From positions 32,001 to 96,000 of IMG/VR virus record IMGVR_UViG_3300007735_000800: DNA of 64,000 nucleotides. One strand, 5' to 3'. The DNA comes from a virus. The notes beneath the pieces are model-generated. The model ran no database searches and was not told the DNA's origin. It saw only the letters and a list, made by a program, of their open reading frames with translations. The position numbers and the translations under genes were made by a program. Shown here one piece after another: positions 1-9,953 of this stretch (its first letter is position 1; every line of letters starts with the position of its first letter).

Positions 1-657
1 TACTATAATAATAGAAGTTTAAGAAAATTGGTAGTAGGTTTTGGATCTCTATTCAGTGATATAAACATTCATCATACTATGAAATCTGGTAATGCGAGTG
101 AAGATATACAGATCAAAGTACCAATAACCTACGCACCACAAGAAAAATTTATTAGAAGATTGTTGGAACCATCATCAATTTCAGATGGAACAAGAATAGA
201 AACTCAACTTCCAAAAATGAGTTATATAATGAGCTCCGTCAATCCCGATCCTTCTAGAAGAATAAACAAATTAACTTCTCTTCAAGCTACTACCGGGTCT
301 GCTGGAGATTGTAGTAACACTGGATATGAAGTAACAGAAAGAATTCCGGTAAACGTAGCTTTTGTCTTGTATCTATATACAAGACATATAGATGATACTC
401 TTCAAATAGTAGAACAAATTTTGCCTTATTTTAATCCAGATCACATAATTTCCATGGACATGAATAATGCACAAACCGATGTACGAATTCCAATTACATT
501 AGTTTCAAATAACATAAATGAAAAATTTGATGGTGATTTTGGTGGTAGACGTGTAAACATATCATCATTATCTTTTGTTGCAAAATCATTTATATACGGA
601 AAAGTAAAAGAACTTACAAAAATAGACACGTTTGACATAAATATTGATAGTCTTTAA
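1..657 (+). CDS. gp15: T4-like gp15 tail sheath stabilizer/terminator (5' truncated by window edge)
   Basis: Frame is open from base 1 (YYNNRSLRKLVVGFGSLF). IKVPITYAPQEKF and QIVEQILPYFNP motifs are typical of gp15. Lies directly upstream of the terminase genes. Confidence 0.9.
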   Translation, partial: YYNNRSLRKLVVGFGSLFSDINIHHTMKSGNASEDIQIKVPITYAPQEKFIRRLLEPSSISDGTRIETQLPKMSYIMSSVNPDPSRRINKLTSLQATTGSAGDCSNTGYEVTERIPVNVAFVLYLYTRHIDDTLQIVEQILPYFNPDHIISMDMNNAQTDVRIPITLVSNNINEKFDGDFGGRRVNISSLSFVAKSFIYGKVKELTKIDTFDINIDSL

Positions 658-659
658 TT

Positions 660-1103
660 ATGAATATTAATAAAAATTTAGCTTCTTTTTTTAATGTGCC
701 TCAAAATAATGTAGACAAAAAACCATCATCCGGTGGAACTTTTGACAGTGCAAATTTTCAAAAAGATTATGAGATGGTTCAATCCAATCTCAAAGATCTT
801 ATTGGAAATGGAAACATAGCACTTGAAAGTGCTCTTAAAGTTGCAACAGAATCAGATTCTCCAAGAGCATTTGAAGTTGTTGCTATATTATTAAAAACAA
901 TGGCAGATTTAAATAACAACGTTTTGGATGTACATAAAAAGGCAAAAGACACAACAGCTCCTCTAAAAACTGAGGTAAAGCAAACAAACAATTCTGTATT
1001 TATTGGGTCTACCAAAGATCTTCAAAATCTGTTAAATAAAGAAAGAAGTACTGAAAAAGATATTGTGGAAGCAGAAATTGTAAATGAGCAACAGCCAAAA
1101 TAA
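660..1103 (+). CDS. gp16: Terminase small subunit
   Basis: A-ESDSPRAFEVVAILLKT and TNNSVFIGSTKDLQNLL motifs of T4-like gp16; overlaps gp17. Confidence 0.92.
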   Translation: MNINKNLASFFNVPQNNVDKKPSSGGTFDSANFQKDYEMVQSNLKDLIGNGNIALESALKVATESDSPRAFEVVAILLKTMADLNNNVLDVHKKAKDTTAPLKTEVKQTNNSVFIGSTKDLQNLLNKERSTEKDIVEAEIVNEQQPK

Positions 1104-2736
1104 AGAAGGTTATAGAAACAATTCTAAACTAAAACTTCCAGGAGTTGAACTTAATTACACAGAAGATCAGCTCAAGGAGTATGTTAAATGCGCAAAAGAT
1201 CCTGTTTATTTTTGTGAAAAATACATAAAAGTAAAAACTCTTGATAAAGGAATTGTTCCATTCAATCTTTATCAGTACCAAAAAAACTTTGTAAATGCAA
1301 TTAATGATAATCGATTTGTAATTTCAAAATGGCCCCGCCAATGTGGTAAATCAACGTGTGTTACAAGTTATATTTGTCATTATATTAATTTTAATCAAAG
1401 CGTAAATGTAGCAATTCTTGCAAACAGATTGAAAACTGCTAAAGAAGAATTATTTTCAAAACTTCAATTGGCTTATGAAAACCTTCCACATTTTCTTCAA
1501 CAAGGCGTGGTTGAATGGAATAAAACTTCTTTTAAACTAGAAAATGGTTCTAGAGTTATGTGCGATGCCACCTCGTCTTCAGCAATTCGTGGTGGTTCAT
1601 ATAACTTGCTTCTTCTTGATGAGTATGCGTTCTTGCCCCCCCATGTTGCTGAAGAATTTTATACATCAACATATCCGACAATTTCTGCCGGTACAACAAC
1701 AAAGCTTATAATAGTATCTACACCCAATGGTATGAATCATTTTCATAAACTTTGGGTTGATGCAAATAGACCTTCTGGACACAAATTAAAAAATAAATTT
1801 GTTCCTCTTGAGGTTTCATGGAGAGAAACACCAATAAGTCCTGGAAAACCAGATCTGAGAAATGATAAATGGGCAGAAGAACAAATAGCCAATACAAGTC
1901 CAGAGCAATTTGAACAGGAATATGGGTGTAGTTTTCTTGGATCCTCAAATACATTAATTTCAACAACCAAATTGAGCGTACTTGCTCCCGAGGATTGTTT
2001 ATCAGAAGATTCAGAAGGATTAAAAATTTTTGAAAAAGCAGATAAAGACAAAGTCTATTTTTTGATGGCTGATGTCTCTAGAGGTCAGGGTTCAGATTAC
2101 TCCGCTTTTGTAGTTGTAGAGGGATCAAAGAGTCCATATAAAGTTGTGGCAACTTTTAGAAATAATACAATAAGTCCATTTGCATTTCCTAATGTGATTA
2201 AAAAGGTTGCAGAACAATATAACAATGCATATGTTTTGGTCGAGACAAATGACATAGGTGGTCAGGTTTCTGCTATCCTATACAATGACTTGAGTTATGA
2301 AAATGTACTGATGACACGGATGATGGGAAGAAAGGGACAAGTTCTTTCCCAGGGATTTGCAAGTGGCAAGAGCGAATTTGGTCTCAGAACAACAGCTCAA
2401 ACAAAAAAATTGGGCTGTGCAATATTAAAAAGATTGGTGGAAGAGGATAAAATTTTACTAAATGATGAAAGAATAATACAGGAATTGATGTCTTTCGTCT
2501 CAAAATCCAACACCTTCAAAGCAGAAGAAGGTCAGCACGATGATTTGGTAATGTCCTTGGTATTTTTTGCCTGGTTATGTCGCCAAGAATATTTTGCAGA
2601 TTTAATTGAATCTGCATATTTAAATTATGAAGAGGCAAAAAAACCAGAAGAAGAAAACACGTTGTTTATGTTAAGTAACACAAATGACGATGATGAAAAA
2701 TTCAGTGACGGTACCGCTGTTTGGTATCCCGCTTAA
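1084..2736 (+). CDS. gp17: Terminase large subunit
   Basis: Walker A PRQCGKST, Walker B LLLLDEYAF, coupling motif IVSTPNG, nuclease motifs ADVSRGQGSDYS and HDDLVM. Confidence 0.97.
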   Translation: MSNSQNKEGYRNNSKLKLPGVELNYTEDQLKEYVKCAKDPVYFCEKYIKVKTLDKGIVPFNLYQYQKNFVNAINDNRFVISKWPRQCGKSTCVTSYICHYINFNQSVNVAILANRLKTAKEELFSKLQLAYENLPHFLQQGVVEWNKTSFKLENGSRVMCDATSSSAIRGGSYNLLLLDEYAFLPPHVAEEFYTSTYPTISAGTTTKLIIVSTPNGMNHFHKLWVDANRPSGHKLKNKFVPLEVSWRETPISPGKPDLRNDKWAEEQIANTSPEQFEQEYGCSFLGSSNTLISTTKLSVLAPEDCLSEDSEGLKIFEKADKDKVYFLMADVSRGQGSDYSAFVVVEGSKSPYKVVATFRNNTISPFAFPNVIKKVAEQYNNAYVLVETNDIGGQVSAILYNDLSYENVLMTRMMGRKGQVLSQGFASGKSEFGLRTTAQTKKLGCAILKRLVEEDKILLNDERIIQELMSFVSKSNTFKAEEGQHDDLVMSLVFFAWLCRQEYFADLIESAYLNYEEAKKPEEENTLFMLSNTNDDDEKFSDGTAVWYPA

Positions 2737-2739
2737 AAT

Positions 2740-2747
2740 TATAAATA
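2740..2747 (+). promoter_or_regulatory. T4-type late promoter (TATAAATA) upstream of the tail sheath gene
   Basis: Exact TATAAATA in the intergenic gap; gp55 is encoded in the window. Confidence 0.8.
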
Positions 2748-2769
2748 TTTTTATAATTTAGGGAAAACC

Positions 2770-4068
2770 ATGACAACAATACCCCCAACCTTTAATTCTT
2801 TTGTGACCCCATCAGTATATTCGACACAAAATACAACAAATGATTTGTATGTAGGTTTTGTAGCTGGAAATACTTATGTTGTACCTACCTTTGGAAATGC
2901 GGGTGCTTGCGCTACCACGGTTGATCCCGGTGGTCTATTCGGATGGTTAATATATTCAAGAACAAGTATTGCCAACCCTGCAAAAGGTTTAACGAGTGAC
3001 CAATATCTTTTATATTCTACTCCAACAGATTTCTTGAATGACTTAAATGCACTAAAAGGTGTGACACAGTGTGTTTTGTCTTTGGCTAATTCGGGTGGGA
3101 CCTATTCCTTCTTTACAAGAAATGCGGCAACCTCTAGTAATGTAGGTTCAACAATAACACCAACAACTATAGGTGCTGACTTTTTACATGCTTTGCATGC
3201 TCTTGCATATGGTGTAAATTTGGTAATAACCGGAACAACCGGTGGTTTAGAAAATTTTGATTTAATAAATTCAAGTAATATAGAAGTTTTGATGGGACAA
3301 ACTGCAAATGCATCTCTGTCTAGTTATTTGTTAGACAATCCATATGTTGTTGGAATATTCCCTTCTAATGGTTATACTGCAGCAAATTTTGATTTATTTA
3401 TTCCCAGTGGCGTAACAAATGCAGATTTTACTGATAGAATTTTCAATATTTACGGTAATGTAAACTACAACATTTCAACATCAACATTATACGCAAATTC
3501 TACGATGAATTATACTACGACACCAGTAGCCCATGTTGTAGGTGCATTTGCAAATTCTAAAAATCAAAATCAATACTATTTAACAGTTGCCGGTGACAAT
3601 CTTTCAGTACCGTTAAATGGAAAAATCTCCAATCCAATATCATGGTACACAACTACAAAGAAAGACATATTTAAAAAGAACAGAGTAAATTTTTATACTT
3701 ATGTTTCCACTCCTTTCTTGGGTTCAGACTTAGTCGGTGCCACTGCCGGAACAAGCACTTCTTATACATCCGATGAAAGAATTGGTGTTGCAAATCTAAA
3801 GAATACAATAGAAAAATCAGTCAATGATATTTTGTTGACATATTTATTCAATGTAAATAACTCGATTACCAGGGCTTCTATAACCACTCAAGTTGAACTT
3901 TATATTGAATCTATAAATGAATATTTGGTTCCCTCCGCAACAATAATAACTTGTGATGGAACCAATAACACAGATAATTCTTCCACACTCACTGTCGATA
4001 TAACAGTAAAACCAATACAATCTGCATCTGAGCTAGTGATCAGGGTTTCGGTTTCTGACGTAGCATAA
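2770..4068 (+). CDS. gp18: Tail sheath protein, short and divergent
   Basis: C-terminal sheath domain (KNRVNF...DERIGV...YLFNVNN...TR...CDGTNNT...DITVKP); position between gp17 and gp19. Confidence 0.8.
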   Translation: MTTIPPTFNSFVTPSVYSTQNTTNDLYVGFVAGNTYVVPTFGNAGACATTVDPGGLFGWLIYSRTSIANPAKGLTSDQYLLYSTPTDFLNDLNALKGVTQCVLSLANSGGTYSFFTRNAATSSNVGSTITPTTIGADFLHALHALAYGVNLVITGTTGGLENFDLINSSNIEVLMGQTANASLSSYLLDNPYVVGIFPSNGYTAANFDLFIPSGVTNADFTDRIFNIYGNVNYNISTSTLYANSTMNYTTTPVAHVVGAFANSKNQNQYYLTVAGDNLSVPLNGKISNPISWYTTTKKDIFKKNRVNFYTYVSTPFLGSDLVGATAGTSTSYTSDERIGVANLKNTIEKSVNDILLTYLFNVNNSITRASITTQVELYIESINEYLVPSATIITCDGTNNTDNSSTLTVDITVKPIQSASELVIRVSVSDVA

Positions 4069-4076
4069 AATAAAAC

Positions 4077-4628
4077 ATGCCAACAGTAAGCAATTCCAAT
4101 TCAATACAAGCATTTAAACAAAATTTTAACGGTGGAACCCGTTCAAACAGATTTGAAGTAATATCATCTTCTGGATGGCCTAGTGGCGTTCAATACAATG
4201 CATTGAATAGTAAATTTAAAATTTATTCTACTTCTATGCCAAAAGCAGAAGTCGGAACAATAACTGTTGGATACCGTGGCAGACCTTTTAATCTTGCAGG
4301 AGATAGATCATATCCAACATGGCAGCTAAATGTTTATGATGATAGAGATACAAAAAATTTGTGGAAATCTTTTCAACAATGGAAAGAATTGATGGATGGG
4401 CATGTAAACCATAAAGTATATAATGCTGATTTTCCTTATAAAAATTTACAAAAAACTTGGGTTTTAAATCAATTAGATTTAAACGAAAATATACTTAGAA
4501 CAATAACTTTAAAAAATTGCTGGCCTAGCCAAGTTGGAGGCTTGCTTTTTGATTCAACATCATCAAGCCAGTCCAGTTTTTCTGTAACCATGGTATTTGA
4601 TTGGTACGAAATCACGAAAGGCATTTAA
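4077..4628 (+). CDS. gp19: Tail tube protein, copy 1
   Basis: GGTRSNRFEV, YRGRPFNLAGDRSYPTWQLNVYDD, CWPSQVG and F-VTMVFDWYE motifs. Confidence 0.9.
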   Translation: MPTVSNSNSIQAFKQNFNGGTRSNRFEVISSSGWPSGVQYNALNSKFKIYSTSMPKAEVGTITVGYRGRPFNLAGDRSYPTWQLNVYDDRDTKNLWKSFQQWKELMDGHVNHKVYNADFPYKNLQKTWVLNQLDLNENILRTITLKNCWPSQVGGLLFDSTSSSQSSFSVTMVFDWYEITKGI

Positions 4629-5201
4629 ATGGCGAAGATATCAATAGCCGATTTCAAATCAAATTTTCAAGGTGGTACCAGAGAAAATAGATTTAGAGTA
4701 AGTGGTATAATTCCAGGAAACGGAGAATTCAGTACTTTTCATATAAGAACTACTCAAATACCAACATTTTCAACAACTACTATTGAATATGGTTATTTTG
4801 GAAGAAAAGCTTTTTATCCTGGAGAAAAACAATATCAACCTTGGTCAGTAAGAATAATTGATGATACAGGACAGATACAGGATCTTTGGAAAAAATTTAA
4901 TAGATGGCAAAATAAAATTAATGATCATAAAACTAATAATTCTCAACTTTTAACCAATCAAACCAGTTACAAAGGATATGGTTGGAGAGTAGATCATTTA
5001 GATCTCAATGGCGATCTTGGTACCGGAAATATAGAAAAATCATTCTATATGCATGGATGTTGGCCAAAAGTTGTAGATTCTATACTTTTGAGTATGACAA
5101 ATCCAAATGCTTTAAATGAATTTAATGTAATATTCTTATATGATTGGATTGAATTGGGTTCCAAAGGAACAAAAATTACAAGATCAGTAGGGTCCTCTTA
5201 A
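4629..5201 (+). CDS. gp19: Tail tube protein, copy 2 (paralog)
   Basis: GGTRENRFRV, YFGRKAFYPGEKQYQPWSVRIIDD, GCWPKVVD and FNVIFLYDW motifs. Confidence 0.85.
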   Translation: MAKISIADFKSNFQGGTRENRFRVSGIIPGNGEFSTFHIRTTQIPTFSTTTIEYGYFGRKAFYPGEKQYQPWSVRIIDDTGQIQDLWKKFNRWQNKINDHKTNNSQLLTNQTSYKGYGWRVDHLDLNGDLGTGNIEKSFYMHGCWPKVVDSILLSMTNPNALNEFNVIFLYDWIELGSKGTKITRSVGSS

Positions 5202-5226
5202 TTCAGTATAACTATAATAGAACACT

Positions 5227-6804
5227 ATGGAAATTGATATTTTTGGTTTTGAATTCGGAAAAAAGGTACCCACAAAGCAAGAAAAACAAGATATTGCTTT
5301 GCAGAAGTTTACTGCCCCAGAAACATTTGATGGTACTGTAACAGTAGAGGCTGGCGGCTATTATAGTTCATCTATTGATTATACTGGAACACTAAAAGAC
5401 GAAAATAGTTCTGTAATACAATACAGAAACATGTCTGTGTATCCAGAGGTCGATAATGCCATCGAAGAGATAGTAAACGCTAGCATTGTCAAAGGAGTGG
5501 ATGGTAAACCATTAAAACTTGATTTAAAAAATCTACCAGTTTCTGAACCTATTAAAATTAAAATTTACAAAGAATTTGATACTTTAGTAAAACTTTTAGA
5601 TTTTAATCATAAATCCTATGAAATTTTTAGAAGATGGTACATTGATTCTAAATTATTTTATAATTTAATAATTGATAAAGATAGACCTCAAGATGGTATT
5701 AAAGATATTCTTCCAATAGATCCTTTAAAAATAAAAAAGGTAAGAAAAGTAAAAAAAGAACAAGAACGAACAAAACATAGTTCTGTTTCTTTGATTAAAG
5801 AAATTGAAGAATATTATCTTTATACAGATTCCGATAAAGAATCATTTTTATTGACTGGTCCACAGGGCCTTCATTTGTCCCTGGATAGCGTCGTATATGT
5901 ACCATCCGGTGTGGTTGATTTAAACAGCAAACGCGTCCTGGGGTATTTACACAAGGCTGTAAGACCTTTGAACATGTTAAGGCAACTAGAAGATTCTCTT
6001 CTAGTTTACCGGGTAGCAAGAGCACCAGAACGTAGAGTATTTTACGTTGACGTAGGTCAGCTGCCAAAACAAAAAGCCGAGCAATACATGCGGGATATGA
6101 TGAGTAGATTCCGTAACAGGGTTGTTTATAATCAAAATACCGGAGAGGTAAGAGATGAAAGAAATCATCTCTCAATATTGGAAGATTATTGGATTCCAAG
6201 AAGAGAAGGATCTCAGGGAACACAAATCACAACTCTTCCCGGCGGAAACGCCATGTCACAAATAGAGGATGTTGATTACTTTAAAAAGAAGCTTTATAAT
6301 TCTTTGAATGTTCCTCTAAACAGACTTGCAGCAGATCAATCTGGGTTCAATATGGGTCGTTCGGTAGAAATTACCAGAGAAGAAGTTAAATTTTACAAAT
6401 TTGTTGATAGACTTAGACATCATTTTTCTAAACTTTTCTTAGATATGTTGAGAGTGCAGCTTCTTTTACGTGGGATAATAACAGAAGAAGATTGGAAAGT
6501 ATTAAAGCAGGAAATAGTGTTTGTTTACAATACAGACAATTATTTCTGGGATCTAAAGGAAGCAGAAATTTTGGCAGAAAGAATTAAAATGATTTCTTAT
6601 GTCGAACCCTATGTTGGTAAATATTTTTCTACAGATTACATAAAGAGAAAAATATTGCATCAAACTGAAAATGATATTGCTGAGATTGATAAACAAATGA
6701 AAGAAGACAAGATAAAAATGCAGCAAGAACAACTTGCTATGATGGCACAGCAACAAGCCATGCAGATGCAGGGAATGGCACCTCCAGAGGAGCAGCAGCA
6801 ATGA
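5227..6804 (+). CDS. gp20: Portal protein
   Basis: YRVARAPERRVFYVDVGQLPKQKAEQY, EDYWIPRREG and TLPGG motifs. Confidence 0.97.
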   Translation: MEIDIFGFEFGKKVPTKQEKQDIALQKFTAPETFDGTVTVEAGGYYSSSIDYTGTLKDENSSVIQYRNMSVYPEVDNAIEEIVNASIVKGVDGKPLKLDLKNLPVSEPIKIKIYKEFDTLVKLLDFNHKSYEIFRRWYIDSKLFYNLIIDKDRPQDGIKDILPIDPLKIKKVRKVKKEQERTKHSSVSLIKEIEEYYLYTDSDKESFLLTGPQGLHLSLDSVVYVPSGVVDLNSKRVLGYLHKAVRPLNMLRQLEDSLLVYRVARAPERRVFYVDVGQLPKQKAEQYMRDMMSRFRNRVVYNQNTGEVRDERNHLSILEDYWIPRREGSQGTQITTLPGGNAMSQIEDVDYFKKKLYNSLNVPLNRLAADQSGFNMGRSVEITREEVKFYKFVDRLRHHFSKLFLDMLRVQLLLRGIITEEDWKVLKQEIVFVYNTDNYFWDLKEAEILAERIKMISYVEPYVGKYFSTDYIKRKILHQTENDIAEIDKQMKEDKIKMQQEQLAMMAQQQAMQMQGMAPPEEQQQ

Positions 6805-7226
6805 AAAACTTAACAAGCAATATAATCGCCAATGGCATTAGATCTTTATTGCAGGAAAATGATGATGCATTTAAGAAAAGTCTTATAAATTGTTTGTCTT
6901 TAAAACTTAATGAATCTATAAAAGAGTCAGAAAAAGAATTTGCAATTAATTTATTAAAGTCAAAAAATCAATTGCCAGAATCAACAGACTTAAAGTATTT
7001 TATAGAATTTGTTGAAAATTATGACGATGTTTTAAATAATAAATTAAAATTAAAAAATCAAACTGTCATAAATATTAATGAATCAGATTTAAATGATCTA
7101 AAAGATTTGTTTGATTGTTTAAATTCAAAAAATCGTAAAATAATGATTTCAGAAATATTAGAATCACCACAAAAATTAAAACAAAATTTAAATTTTTATA
7201 GGAAGGCCCGAGGAATACTAAAATGA
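6801..7226 (+). CDS. Hypothetical protein, probable prohead core component (gp67/gp68 position)
   Basis: Between portal and prohead protease; ATGA overlap with the next gene; L-x-E motifs (LLQE, LNE). Confidence 0.55.
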   Translation: MKNLTSNIIANGIRSLLQENDDAFKKSLINCLSLKLNESIKESEKEFAINLLKSKNQLPESTDLKYFIEFVENYDDVLNNKLKLKNQTVININESDLNDLKDLFDCLNSKNRKIMISEILESPQKLKQNLNFYRKARGILK

Positions 7227-7384
7227 AACAAAATGTAAGACAGATTCTTAAAAGTGTAATTGAAGAAAATGCTGTAAATTTTAAAAACCAAACAAATAAA
7301 ATTTTATATTCCAAGGTTGGAGATAAATTAAAACAAGAATATGTGAATGTTTCTAGAAAATTATTTAATAATAAAGGCCAATAA
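7223..7384 (+). CDS. Small (53 aa) prohead-core-like protein, not in the supplied ORF track
   Basis: My translation: MKQNVRQILKSVIEENAVNFKNQTNKILYSKVGDKLKQEYVNVSRKLFNNKGQ. ATG overlaps the upstream TGA and its TAA abuts the gp21 ATG. Small helical protein at the usual gp67-like position. Confidence 0.65.
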   Translation: MKQNVRQILKSVIEENAVNFKNQTNKILYSKVGDKLKQEYVNVSRKLFNNKGQ

Positions 7385-8029
7385 ATGAAACTTATCACAG
7401 AACTAACAGAAGACATAAAATATGTAAAGGAAAACGTGGGTAATGGCGATAAAAATTATTACATTGAGGGCATATTCATGCAATCAGATGTTAAAAATCG
7501 CAATGGCCGCATATATCCTAAAAATACTTTGGCCAAAGAAACAAGCAGATACATCAACGAATATGTCAATAAGGGTCGTGCCCTCGGTGAATTAAACCAT
7601 CCAACTGGACCAACTGTAAATCTTGATAGAGTATCACACATTGTCAAAGAACTTCAAGAAGATGGAAAAAACATCTATGGTAAGGCTAAAGTTCTTGATA
7701 CCCCAATGGGTAAGATTGTAAAAAATTTAATTGATGAAGGAGCTCAACTTGGAGTTTCAACTCGTGGTATGGGTTCTTTAAAATCAAGAAATGGATACCA
7801 AGAAGTTCAAGAAGATTTCATGTTAGCTGCAATTGATATTGTTGCAGATCCATCTGCTCCAAATGCTTTTGTAAATGGAATCATGGAAGGTAGAGAATGG
7901 ATGTTTGAGAATGGAATTTGGTCGGAAAGACAGTACCAAGGTGCTCGCAAATTAATTTCCAACTCTTCTTCAAGAAATTTAGAAAAAAATATAGTAAAAG
8001 TATTCAAAAACTACTTTAGGAATATTTAA
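7385..8029 (+). CDS. gp21: Prohead core protease
   Basis: MKLITE start, IEGIFMQ..VKNRNGRIYP, ALGELNHP, GVSTRGMGSL and DIVADPSAPNAFVNGIME motifs. Confidence 0.96.
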   Translation: MKLITELTEDIKYVKENVGNGDKNYYIEGIFMQSDVKNRNGRIYPKNTLAKETSRYINEYVNKGRALGELNHPTGPTVNLDRVSHIVKELQEDGKNIYGKAKVLDTPMGKIVKNLIDEGAQLGVSTRGMGSLKSRNGYQEVQEDFMLAAIDIVADPSAPNAFVNGIMEGREWMFENGIWSERQYQGARKLISNSSSRNLEKNIVKVFKNYFRNI

Positions 8030-8832
8030 TGGCGATTATAGATGACCATACCACAAGATTACTTTTGGAGGCTGTTAATAAACCAACAACCAGACAAAAG
8101 AAATTGAAGAAAAAGGCTACAGGAAAAAGCACAATTTCTGGTGGTTATGGCACGGGTGCCCCAAAGAGAGATGATGTTTCTCCTTTAAAGGCAAGTCCTG
8201 AACAAATATGGTTTGGAGCACAAACTAAAACACCACCCGGAACAGATCTTCCCACGCAAGCAATGTGGGGATATCATAAAAATTGGGTAAACAGAGCTTT
8301 GGAAGGTGTTACAGCTGGTAGTCTATACAGTATGGTAGATTCTTTAGCGCAAGGAGTCGGTGCTGGTGTTGGTTCTCTATTTGGTTTAGACCCAAATAAA
8401 AGTGCATATTGGACTGGAAAATTAATAAACAACCCTTTAGTTAAAAATCCAGCATCAGCTGCTGTCATTGAATTTGGTGTAAAACAAGCAGTTAGAACAA
8501 AAATAGCTCAAGAATATTTGGGTGGAACTCCAACAGGATTTTTTCAGCCAGGGACAGCTGAAGCTGAAATGGCTGATTTTTTCGTAGATGTAATAAGTGC
8601 AAAAGATAAACCAATTGCTGGAAAAAATAGATTTGGTAGACTTGGTCAAGCAGTAGCAGCAAAATTGCCCGAAATAGCTGCCATGGGCATTGATCCATTA
8701 GATTTTGCTACCGAATTGTTTGGTGCAAATGCTGCACTAAAGGCATACTCAAATATTGCAGGTAAAAGTGCTGCAGATGCAGCTGGTGCTGGTGGGTATT
8801 TACAAAAGGGTCGTTCTAAAGGAATTTATTAA
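8029..8832 (+). CDS. Hypothetical Gly/Ala-rich protein inserted between gp21 and gp22
   Basis: 267-aa ORF coupled to the gp21 stop; no recognisable family; early LLLE motif. Confidence 0.6.
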   Translation: MAIIDDHTTRLLLEAVNKPTTRQKKLKKKATGKSTISGGYGTGAPKRDDVSPLKASPEQIWFGAQTKTPPGTDLPTQAMWGYHKNWVNRALEGVTAGSLYSMVDSLAQGVGAGVGSLFGLDPNKSAYWTGKLINNPLVKNPASAAVIEFGVKQAVRTKIAQEYLGGTPTGFFQPGTAEAEMADFFVDVISAKDKPIAGKNRFGRLGQAVAAKLPEIAAMGIDPLDFATELFGANAALKAYSNIAGKSAADAAGAGGYLQKGRSKGIY

Positions 8833-8836
8833 AAAT

Positions 8837-8844
8837 TATAAATA
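8837..8844 (+). promoter_or_regulatory. T4-type late promoter upstream of gp22
   Basis: Exact TATAAATA. Confidence 0.8.
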
Positions 8845-8868
8845 ATTAAAGTTCAAGGATCTATTGAC

Positions 8869-9906
8869 ATGAATAAAAGAAACAACAAAAAAGATTTACA
8901 AGAAGTAATGAATGCTATGCAAGCTAACGGTGTAGCATTTACTCCAGATGGTCGTGGAGAAATAATCCCACAACCAATCGTAACCGCTAATAATTTAGCA
9001 AAAGCCCAGGTTCCTACTCCAGCTGCTGCTATGGCCGGAGCTTTTCCTGCTATGGGTGCTCCAGCTCCAATGCAACAATCTGCTCCGGAGCCTGAAGAAG
9101 AGGAAGAAGAAGAGGAAGAGGATGAAGACGAAGTAACAGAAGTAGAGGAAGCTGCCCGCATTCAATTCCGTTCAGCTCTAATTGAACTTCTTGGTGAAAA
9201 TGTTTCAGAATCTCTAGTTTCTCAACTTGAGGGAATTTTCGAAGCTGCTGTTCAAGAAAGAGTCAATGCTCATTTGAATGAAACTTTAGAAAATGTAGAT
9301 GGTAATGTAAAAAATTACCTAAATCAAGTAACAGAGAGCTTGGTTGAAAAAGTTGACGACTATCTAGATTATGTCGTAGAAGAATGGATGCAAGAAAATA
9401 CAGTTGCAGTTGAACAAGGCATCAAGACTCAAATTGCTGAAAATTTTATCGGCGGTCTAAAGAACTTGTTTGAAAATCATTACATCGACGTTCCAAATGA
9501 TAAGTATAATGCTTTAGATGAGCTTTATGCCCAAAATATTTCATTGCAACATACATTAAACAATGCCATCAATGAGAATCTAAATCTTCGCAAAGAAATC
9601 AATCTAACTGAGTGTGCTGGTGTCTTTGTTTCCGAAACAAGAGATCTTGCCGATACTCAAATTGCCAGATTGCAATCTTTGATGGAAAACGTTACCTTTA
9701 ATACAACTGATGAATACCGTGAAAAATTGGTAGCAATAAAGGACAACTATTTGCAATCGCAAAATTTTGTTCGTCCAGTTGTTCAACCAATTCCACAACC
9801 AACAATTATTACAGAAGAAATGACATTTTCGCCAGTCAGAAATACTGAATCATCCACAGTCGATCAGTATGCTGATGTAATTGGAAAACTCAACAGAAAA
9901 GTTTAA
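8869..9906 (+). CDS. gp22: Prohead scaffolding (core) protein
   Basis: Acidic N-terminus with poly-Glu; IFEAAV, VDDYLDYVVEEWM and FIGGLKNLFENHYIDVP motifs; precedes the MCP. Confidence 0.93.
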   Translation: MNKRNNKKDLQEVMNAMQANGVAFTPDGRGEIIPQPIVTANNLAKAQVPTPAAAMAGAFPAMGAPAPMQQSAPEPEEEEEEEEEDEDEVTEVEEAARIQFRSALIELLGENVSESLVSQLEGIFEAAVQERVNAHLNETLENVDGNVKNYLNQVTESLVEKVDDYLDYVVEEWMQENTVAVEQGIKTQIAENFIGGLKNLFENHYIDVPNDKYNALDELYAQNISLQHTLNNAINENLNLRKEINLTECAGVFVSETRDLADTQIARLQSLMENVTFNTTDEYREKLVAIKDNYLQSQNFVRPVVQPIPQPTIITEEMTFSPVRNTESSTVDQYADVIGKLNRKV

Positions 9907-9917
9907 TTTTACAAAAT

Positions 9918-9925
9918 TATAAATA
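9918..9925 (+). promoter_or_regulatory. T4-type late promoter upstream of the major capsid gene
   Basis: Exact TATAAATA followed by an AGGAG Shine-Dalgarno. Confidence 0.85.
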
Positions 9926-9953
9926 ATTTTAACTCACAGGAGATATTACTAAA

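Noticed and set aside
4600-4660. Programmed frameshift or readthrough fusing the two tube genes
   Set aside because: The genes are separated by a clean TAA followed directly by ATG, no slippery heptamer is evident, and each copy is a complete tube domain.
8853-9161. Antisense poly-Ser ORF
   Set aside because: Mirror of the GAA/GAG poly-Glu tract in gp22.
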